Shown here: in pieces, positions 55,873 through 64,000 of the stretch
How the letters are laid out: each line of letters starts with the position of its first letter
Position numbering within the stretch: position 1 is the first letter of the stretch
DNA from: Schizochytrium sp. TIO01
Taxonomy: Eukaryota; Protista; Bigyra: Labyrinthulomycetes
Length of the DNA stretch: 64,000 bases
Assembly: GCA_004764695.1 (NCBI GenBank)
Contig: SMSO01000032.1
Coordinates: 4,992,483 to 5,056,482, forward strand
Direction of reading: 5' to 3'
Translations under genes and position numbers: made by a program
Notes under the pieces: model-generated
The model's input: only the letters and a program-made list of their open reading frames with translations
Databases searched by the model: none
What the model was told of the DNA's origin: nothing

Positions 55873-56880
55873 AACAAATGAATGACACGTCCTTCAAATC
55901 GAAGTATAATCAATCGATCTGCAATGGACCGTCATCTCGACCAAGATTCTGTAGTTCTCTCTCTTGCAAAGTGCCACCCTAGCACCGCGGATTCGAAGGA
56001 AGTTACTTCGAATAAGTTATACAGGTATGATGAAACTTGCATCGATAGAAGTCAATGAACCACCATTCGAGTTGGCAATCTCTCAGCAGCTCAAACTTAA
56101 AGTTGAAGTGGAACTCCAAGAACCCCAAAATCACGCACGTCCTAAATAGCACAGATACCGACATCTATCTAAATGCACATCAACACCTACGTATGATGAT
56201 TATCTATCTGAGAAAAACAAACAAACAAAGCAAAGCACGAGAGAGAAAAACACCCTAATTGAACGAAAAGGAACAGAACAGGTAAACTCCAAGTTATGTT
56301 CTCATTGACCATGAATTGAGTGGACAAACAGACACCGAGACAAACAAACAACAGACAAACAGAAAAGCAGAGAGCAACAGAGACGCCGATACCGACACGA
56401 GGCTCAGAGAGCGTCTCGAGGCTCGTGCCTAAGGCATGCCTTTCATAGGCTTGCGAGGGCGCTGGCGGCCTCCACGGACCCGAAGGCGCTGGCGTTGAAG
56501 AGGAATAGATAGGAAAGTATCCGAGTCGATTCGCAAAAAGGTTCTCTCGCTCGCTTAAAAGAACCTTTTATGTAGGTATATATTTTATTTTATATTATTT
56601 TATATTATTTAGTTACTTAATTTAACGATGATCTTTGATCATTTTGTTTGAGTGAACTTTATCAGTAATGGAAAAAAACTCATAGAAACGAGCGATTCTA
56701 CAAAATTCGCTTTCTCTCCTTTCGCTGATCGATACCGATCGCTCCTTCGGCTCGTGGCTCCTTCGCCGGCACAGAACGGGCCCGGAAAGGACCTCGAGTG
56801 CATCGTACCTACACGTCCGGAGGCGCCTCAGAGTCAGATTTTCGCCTTCGCTCAAGCGGCCTTACTGAGGATCGAGGGAG

Positions 56881-56916
<36 letters not shown>

Positions 56917-56925
56917 TAAGTAAGT
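56881..56925. repeat. (GTAA)n microsatellite
   Basis: Read directly from the sequence. Confidence 0.9.
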
Positions 56926-58559
56926 ACCCCTTCTTCTATTATGATCACAGTGCATAATTTTGCAATGGACAGAACATTTTAACTTTTAACTTTTCATGAA
57001 TCAACAAATCAATGAATGAGTAAATGCATAAATCAATAAATTGATAAATTAAAAAGACCGTCACCAGAAAAGAAAGGACTTTAAGTGCCGCTTTCGAAGA
57101 AACCGCTCGAAAAGCCCACATGAAGAAGAGCGGTGAGGAGAGAAGCAGCAGCATAAGGGCTCAAAAGCGATGCGCCGCAGAGAAAGGGCGAGGCTTAAAG
57201 GCCTCTCTCTTCGCTGAGCTTGGACGAAGGGAGAGGAGGAGAAGAGACAGCGAGAGAAACGGAAAGAAGAAGATCGAAGAGAAATCAAGAACAGAAGAGA
57301 AAAGAAAAGAAAAGAAAAGAAAAGAGAGGAAGCTAAAGAAGTAAGTAGGAGGGCCGCACCAACGGCGGGGCTAGCTGTGGGTGAGGGGTTCATTCCACCT
57401 CCTAAGACCCCCGCCGTTGATTCGGGGCTTTGCCACTGCACAGGATCGCAGGTGAACCCCTTGCACTCTGTCCCCTGTAGACGGGTGCGTAGTTAGCCGC
57501 CTTTTAAAAGTGGGCCTCATTTCTCGCATCCAGCATTCACCACAGCTCGACCTGGAATGCTGTGAGGCTACAGCGAAGAAGTTAAAGAACCACACTCTGA
57601 GCGCCACTGGGTAAGTTAGGAGACAGAGGGGAGGCCCAAGGAGACGGAATTCTGTTTTCAAAGACGCAAAAGGTGGTAAGTGTTGGCCTTGCTCCGGCTG
57701 CTTCTCCGCCTCCCAACCGTGGCGATCCCTCGGCGCCGCCGCGGCCTCCTCCGCCCTGCTCGCGGCCTCCCCCCCTCCCACGCCCCGACGCCTCCTCCTC
57801 CCTCCCCGGTCCCACCTCCTCTGGCCTTGATCTCGTTAAGCATGGGGTCTTCTGGGCCGGAACTCGTGGTGGAGCCAAGTCCTCGCCGCCATGCCGCTCC
57901 CACGCCTGCTCCCGCTGCTCCTGTGAGGGAGCTGGGCGGGGCCCGAGGGAGTCGCGACGAAGAGGATGCGCGAAGAACCTCGCTTGCAGCAAGGCTCGCC
58001 CGCGAGGCACTCGCAGAGCGGCGAGAAGGCCTGAGGAAATAAGAGGTCGCGCAGGTTGTTGGTGCCCGCCGCGAAGCGGCCGAGGATCTCTTTCATTTTA
58101 GTTGAAAAGGCGTGTTCTTTTCTGTTCCGTTTGTGTTCTTCTCTCCGCCTTGTCTTCTCTTTCATCTCTTTATTATTTTTTTTTTCCGCCCATTGGTCGC
58201 TTTTATGGTGATCATGTGGATCAAAAAGAGGATGCGGAGATAGTTGATGGACGACTGGGTGGAGAAGGACAATTGAAGGAAATAGGCCAGGAACGGGAGA
58301 GTAATGGTGGCTGAGAAGCAGTGTTAGGGAATTAGGTTTCTCTGACCTTGAAATGTGAGAATGATTGGATTGGTTGACTGACTGACTGACTGACTGACTG
58401 GATGTGGCTGAACGTGTTTTTGCTCCGTGGGCTGTCTTTCTTTGGTTATGTGTTTGTTATTTGGATTATGATGCATGTAGGCGTTTGTTGTGGAAAGAGG
58501 GCCAAGCGAGGCGGCAAAGGCCTAGGTTTTTGTTGAAATTCTGACGTAAAAGTAGGACA

Positions 58560-59289
58560 ATGGGTGACCGTTCCTGCTATGGCTGCGGTGGCACTGGCCA
58601 CATTGCCCGTAACTGCCCTGAGGCCTCCACCAACGAGGGTGGCTTCCAGGGCCGTGGCAACTTCCGCCCCAAGACTTGCTTCAACTGCGGTGGCGAGGGC
58701 CACATCTCCCGCAACTGCCCGACTTCCCCTTCTGAGGGTGGCGCCGCAGGTGGCAACAGCCGTGCCTGCTTCAACTGTAAGTTTTAAGCTTGTGCCTGTC
58801 GATTGCAATGGAGTTGGTAAAATCATTTGATGACATCAAATGTATGGTGTAGAACCGCAAATTGTGGGCTTTTACAATTCCATTCTGTTTTTTCAATCGC
58901 ATCACGCTTTCCACGAAAAACCTAGTATCAAATGACTGACTTATTGACGACGACGACGACGACGATCACTGGTGATATCATCGTATTTCGACCACGTGTC
59001 ATGCATTGCACTGCATACAGGCGGTGAGACCGGCCACATCTCCCGTGAGTGCCCGAGCGAGCCTATGCAGCACGACGGCCAGGGCGACTTTGCCCAGCGC
59101 CGCCGCAACTCCCGCCCCAAGTGCTACAACTGTGGTGACTTTGGCCACATCTCCCGCGAGTGCCCTCAGCGCGAGTCTGGCCCCAAGTGCTACAACTGCG
59201 GCAACTTCGGCCACATTAGCGGTGCCTGCCCCGAGGCCCCCCGCACCACCGAGGATGGCATGGATTACGATGCGAACAACGCTGAGTAA
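58560..59289 (+). CDS. CNBP/Gis2/UMSBP-like CCHC zinc-knuckle nucleic-acid-binding protein (2 exons: 58560-58776, 59021-59289)
   Basis: Five CX2CX4HX4C knuckles. The third is restored by splicing GTAAGT (58777) to TACAG (59020), giving CFNC-GETGHISREC. Strong codon bias. Confidence 0.93.
58777..59020 (+). other. Spliceosomal GT-AG intron (244 nt) of the CNBP-like gene
   Basis: GTAAGT donor, CAG acceptor; the phase-1 join rebuilds a Cys codon within a zinc knuckle. Confidence 0.92.
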
Positions 59290-59960
59290 ATAAATAACTC
59301 CTCCGTTCTGGATACCGGATCTTATTTTCCGCGCCCCTCTCATATTAGGGATTTCCTTGACGACTTCCTCTATCGTGACTCACGCAGCTTTCTCGTATAA
59401 AGCTTCGACTGCTCACGGTGGGCTCCAGAATCGTGTGATGATGCGTTAAAGTGAGAGCTCAGTTGTTTTGTTTGGTTTGCGCTTCCATAAATGCAAAGAA
59501 CCATCATTACTTCTTTTTGCTTTTTCTTACATCGCATTGGTCATTAGTAGTTCTTCATCAACAAACGACGGCGACGGCAATGACAGATGGAAGGTGAGAC
59601 GCTCCGACACAGTCATATACAAGCTGATTTGGAACAGTATAAAAAGAATACTCTTTATTAGTTTTGTCACAAGTCAATTTTTTTCATCTTGCACTCACCC
59701 TTCAAGGGCTTGTAATCCTGGAGTTCCTTTTCCATCATTTAGACGATAAGAGCACTTATCAAGAATCATAAGAAAGAAAGATTGTCAACAAGTGTTTAGG
59801 ATCCTTACAGACAGTTGTATACCCACAGACAATGCGCTCACACGCATGCAGTCAGGCAACTCTCCCAAGAATTAATTAGCAATGTTTAATTAGGTCACTG
59901 GCCAATATTGCAAGGTTTGATTTGTTTACACCAAAACACCTGCATGCTCAATTTAAGATT

Positions 59961-60545
59961 TCAATCACTAGCAGGTTCTCCGCTAGAATAGGAGGAAGAT
60001 GAAGAAATAGTGATACTTGCTCGAAGGTTCTCGACTTCCTCAAAGTGTGATTGTGACTCCTCGGCAAGCATATTGACAAAGCGAGTATGCTGAAGCTCCA
60101 GTTTAGTGGAAAGGATATCATTTCGAGTCTTCAACTTCTCGATGTGGAGCTCAAGTGCTTCGATCTTTTGGTCTTTTTCTTCTGACTCCAGCTTGGCTTC
60201 CAAAAGAATTCCATGAAGTCGCTGCACCTCATGAACCAACTCAGCCTTACTATGGGCATTATACTCCAGCGCTTCAAGCTTGGCAATTTTAGCTTGTGCA
60301 AGTACTTCTTGCAGAGCTTCAATTTCATTGTTAGCCATACGTGCTTGTTCCTCAGCATGTTTGGCACTCGCACCGCGCGCTTGCACTCGCTTACAGAGCC
60401 CCTTGATTCGCTCTCTCAGGCGGTCAAGTTCGTCCTGGATCTCTGCGTTAAAAGCTGAGTACTTGCCTCCTCCATTTACCAGCTGTCGTGGCGACTTAGT
60501 TCGTGGGGACACGGCCCTTGGCGAGTGCCTTTCCATACGCCTCAT
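59961..60545 (-). CDS. Hypothetical coiled-coil protein
   Basis: ~194 codons from ATG 60545 with heptad-like L/E/K periodicity. Confidence 0.65.
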   Translation of the reverse strand: MRRMERHSPRAVSPRTKSPRQLVNGGGKYSAFNAEIQDELDRLRERIKGLCKRVQARGASAKHAEEQARMANNEIEALQEVLAQAKIAKLEALEYNAHSKAELVHEVQRLHGILLEAKLESEEKDQKIEALELHIEKLKTRNDILSTKLELQHTRFVNMLAEESQSHFEEVENLRASITISSSSSYSSGEPASD

Positions 60546-61210
60546 CGTGCCGGACTCCGCAGTGATAGTTAGCCAAACACGACATACAACTTTGTGATGT
60601 ACAGCATGTGATCTATTTTCACAATCAATCTTCTTGCCACGTGACTTGTACGATTCTTCAGAACTGACAACGGATAACACAAGTAAGAAGAATTAAACCA
60701 AAAAACAAAGTATATAGTTATCGCTAATGTCTACTTATTAGTAGTGCTATTCACAGTGCCTCACCTGAAAGAAAAGAGAAGCAGCAAGGTGTGCGCCCGA
60801 ATTCTGGCTATGACCAGTACGTCGACACGTGAGAAAGCCTTATCGCTCCACTCAAGCTATGTGGAGATTGAAGATTATATGAGAGGTAGGAGGGAAGCTT
60901 TGCGGGTTGTTGTGTGAGCAATGTTTATGTTTATCAAAAGAAGCGACACAATGACTGTGCCAAACAAAGTACATCATGGTAGAGAATGAAATCCGTACCA
61001 TAATCGCTAATTTTAATAAAAACAGCGAGCCGGATTGATTCTGTTATTTTAGCCTCGAGTGGGATTCAACTTTTTTGATTCGTGATGGCCACTAGCATCA
61101 CCTCCGCGGGTATATTCCGTTGAGAAATTACATTCACGTTCTACTTCTTTATTGGTATGTGAATGAATTAATCAAATTGAAGCAGGAAGCAAACCCCAAA
61201 TTGCGGCAGA

Positions 61211-61819
61211 ATGGAAAGCAAAACTCAACACTTCGAGGGCAAGTGTGACGAGAGCAATCTACATAGGTTGAAGCCTGGATTCGACGATATACAAGTAGTT
61301 GAACATGAGAACCGAAGACCCCAAGCCATCAGTTTTTTCCCCAAGGAAATTGAGCAAGTCGGGAAGGACATATGTAGTTTCTTCGACGCTCATGTTAATC
61401 GCGATCCAAATAGCCCTAGGTTAGACATCATTGACAGCGTTCCGGGGGCTCATGCACTTCGTTCTCTACTTTATCAATGGAATGAAGTGCAAGCCATCTG
61501 GATCTACGACTACGAACTCTTGCGAAGTCAGGAAATCATTGACCTGTACAGTCGAAACATTGCCCGTGGTCTGGTTCCTTTTGCAGCCAATGTCGACGGC
61601 GACTACATATGCGCGGGCTTAGATGACCATGATGGAGGGGCGTTTTGCGTTGATGGCGAAACAGGGGAAGTAGAAAGTGTTGAAGCTCAATCTCTTGCAA
61701 CCTATTTAGAAGAATACCGCAACATGCTTCTAAGCGGACGTCTTGAATACATTCAAGACTATGGAATGGTCGAACGCACATTAGAACCAGCCACAACGAC
61801 AACAGAAAGCAAAAAATGA
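61211..61819 (+). CDS. SMI1/KNR4 (SUKH) domain protein
   Basis: LVPFAANVDGDYIC...DGETGEV...AQSLATYLEEY matches the SUKH C-terminal beta-meander and helix pattern. Confidence 0.7.
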   Translation: MESKTQHFEGKCDESNLHRLKPGFDDIQVVEHENRRPQAISFFPKEIEQVGKDICSFFDAHVNRDPNSPRLDIIDSVPGAHALRSLLYQWNEVQAIWIYDYELLRSQEIIDLYSRNIARGLVPFAANVDGDYICAGLDDHDGGAFCVDGETGEVESVEAQSLATYLEEYRNMLLSGRLEYIQDYGMVERTLEPATTTTESKK

Positions 61820-62367
61820 TTCATACCTACAAGAAGGTATGGCTCTCAGCTTGAATCTTAAGTCCATTTTTAGAGTATCGGTGGGTTAAGCATGTGATGA
61901 AATGAGCCATTGTAAAAATGGCGGCAAAAGTTGTGTACTTTGGGGTCATTTGATTTGCCCTTCCACGGCTTTCAACAATGGCAATTTAAAAGTTTTCCAG
62001 GCCCCCCTTTTGGTCTTTTAACAATTTTGAGAATGAATGAGATGTTTGATATGAATATTGAAGACTTGATCCAAGGCTGCTTATGTCGAAATTTGCACAT
62101 GAGTCTACTCTTATGGTGTAACCCTTCTCAAAAGACTCGTGTCCACTTCATGCAAAGAGTCAACTTCCTTACTTTATTGGACGAGAGATCTTGTACTTGT
62201 GGTTAGGCTACTGGAAAAACAAGAAAAGAGATGAATGAGATACGAAAAGTACAGTAAGAAAACAAAATTGAATGATGTTCAAGAGAGAAAAGTGATGAGA
62301 GGAGTATGGAAGGAAAAAAAAAAAAACAAAGGTAGAGTAGTTGTCAAGCCAACATAGAAGCGACTTT

Positions 62368-64000
62368 TCACCGGGCATAGATGAACAAGTTATTTTCACC
62401 GGCAACCTGTAGATGTGCACACGTTAAATGTGTCCGAAGATGTCGGCAAAGTGGGATTAAAATACACACCAAAGAAATCAACAGTCCGTCCATTGTTTCA
62501 GTTTGTTAGTCAGCTGGATTCCAAAAAGAGTTTTCAGACAAGAGGGCATGAGCAAGAAGAGTAGCGGGAGAGCAGGAAGGTTGCGGCTACTTTGATTTGT
62601 ACGCCAATAAGGTTGCTCCTCTTCAAATTTCGAGGTTTGAAAAATAAAACTTACCGCAACGGCATTTCCATTTGGATGCCAGTTGAGCTGTGTAATACGT
62701 TTCTCGTAATTAATGGTATCGGGATCAATTCCAAGAACGTTGCTAGACCCATCGGAAGGTGGGTAAGACCTTCCATCTTTTTTCTTCTTGCGACTGAGCA
62801 AGGAAACGAGTCCTGGTTTAGATAGTCGTTTCTTAGCGCGCAAGGAGCTGCGAGATCCTCTTGAGGAGTCATCACCACTAGATGGTATGATCGGCATGGT
62901 AGCGTAAGGCGCCTTCGAGGCCTCAATTAGAGTATCGGTTCGACGATTAAGATCGTAGATGTGAAAATAGGAGTTATACGAACCTGTCATGATGCCTTGG
63001 GCAGACACAGAGACGTCAAAGCTTTCATATAGGTATTCGTTTTCGTATAGATCCCAGAGTTTCGGGCTCAGATAATCGTGCACAGGGATGATCTCGACTG
63101 GTCGGGATTCCTGGCGAACATCCCAGATTTTCAACGACATGAAGTCACGTGCAACGATGAGATTGTTTGGGGCGAACTTGACATCTGAGATGTTACGCAG
63201 GAGATCAGCGAGGAAAGGGCGACCGGGCATTCCGCCGGCACCTGTGTGCATGCGGGCATTCTGTTTGTCCATGGCATCAAGCGCTGGGTCGTGAAATTCG
63301 AGGGAGCTTGAGTCACAGAGCGCCTTCTCGCGCATATCACAAAGTCGCACAAGGCCTCGGTTGGTGCCGTAGATGAAGGAGTTGGAGTTTACCTGATCAA
63401 GATCTGCTGCGGTAATATACTCCATGAGTTTGGTCATATCCATGGGTTTGAGGTTGACTACCTGAAAGGCGACATCGGTAACGTTAAGGTTCCACAGGTT
63501 GATGGAGAGATTGTCCGCACTCATAAAGCTCTGGCCATCGCAACTGGGCACAAGCGAGTGAATATTAAATTTGTGAATCTCTGGTGAGTACTCGCGCTTC
63601 GGTGTTGCTGTGACAAGACGCTCAACCGTCTCGCTTTGAGGGAAACGCAGGCTCTTGATACGGTCTGGAGCACGAGGCTGACCCTTTGTGTCTGATGTGT
63701 TAAATCCAGTGGTATACTTGACTTCTCGTTCTTGGAGTTTCCACATTTTGATTGCCTTGTCGTTGGTTGTGAGCATGAAGACGCAGTCATTTGTCTGAGG
63801 GAGAAATTTGATTTTTGAAATACGCTCCTCGATTGCAATTGACCGCACATAGTCAAAGTCTGGTTCATGGCTCTGAAATTCGCAGTGAAATGTGTAGTGA
63901 ATCTTGCCTTTGCTGTTATCGGAACGAAGCACCACGACGCGTCCACCCCGGTCTCCGCTCGCCAAGAACGATCCGGTGGCGTCGAACTCAACGGCGCTTA
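62368..64000 (-). CDS. PPP2R2: Protein phosphatase 2A regulatory subunit B55/CDC55, 5' end outside the window (exons >64000-62655 and 62406-62368)
   Basis: SAVEFDATGSFLASGDRGGRVV, EFQSHEPDFDY, LTTNDKAIKMWK, SADNLSINLWNL, RDFMSLKIWD, TGSYNSYF. The final exon VAGENNLFIYAR* completes the last WD blade. Confidence 0.95.
62407..62654 (-). other. Spliceosomal GT-AG intron (248 nt) near the 3' end of the B55 gene
   Basis: GTAAGT donor at 62654, TACAG acceptor ending at 62407; the join gives WHPNGNAVA-VAGENNLFIY. Confidence 0.88.

Noticed and set aside
58824-58875. Hammerhead or TPP-riboswitch reading of the CNBP intron structure
   Set aside because: No CUGANGA/GAAA core in the right register and no TPP aptamer motifs.
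62478-62654. ORF-track C-terminal extension of B55 (VSFIFQTSK...)
   Set aside because: Read-through into the intron; the true C-terminus is in the exon at 62406-62368.

Overview
Compact, intron-poor eukaryotic nuclear DNA. It is most likely a stramenopile protist of the thraustochytrid/labyrinthulomycete type; this is inferred from gene content, few GT-AG introns, a flagellar gene and abundant tetranucleotide microsatellites, and is not proven. I can support about 18 protein-coding genes and one tRNA-Ile(AAT). The genes are: a WD40-like protein, a spliced SVIP-like p97 adaptor, a DH-PH-WW RhoGEF, a CAAX-tailed glutaredoxin-fold protein, ATP12, a K+-dependent H+-pyrophosphatase, an AP2 + SDN1-like DEDDh exonuclease + RRM-like + KH fusion, a PAS hybrid histidine kinase, an RSP2-like radial spoke protein, a coiled-coil/PX-like protein, a HAUS4-like protein, a triple-SAM protein, a DUF676 lipase, a spliced CNBP-like zinc-knuckle protein, a SMI1/KNR4 protein, a 5'-truncated PP2A B55 subunit and two hypotheticals. 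A ~13.5 kb gene-free interval (25.5-39.0 kb) holds degenerate repeat arrays and long microsatellites. No CRISPR, rRNA or intact mobile element is evident. The best candidate for something undescribed is the AP2-SDN-RRM-KH fusion, a possible DNA-tethered RNA 3'-trimming nuclease. Next are a strongly structured, switch-like intron in the CNBP-like gene, the dual-motif lipidated p97 adaptor, and a repeat array whose hairpin shows a compensatory change. All domain calls come from motif recognition by eye, not from database searches.
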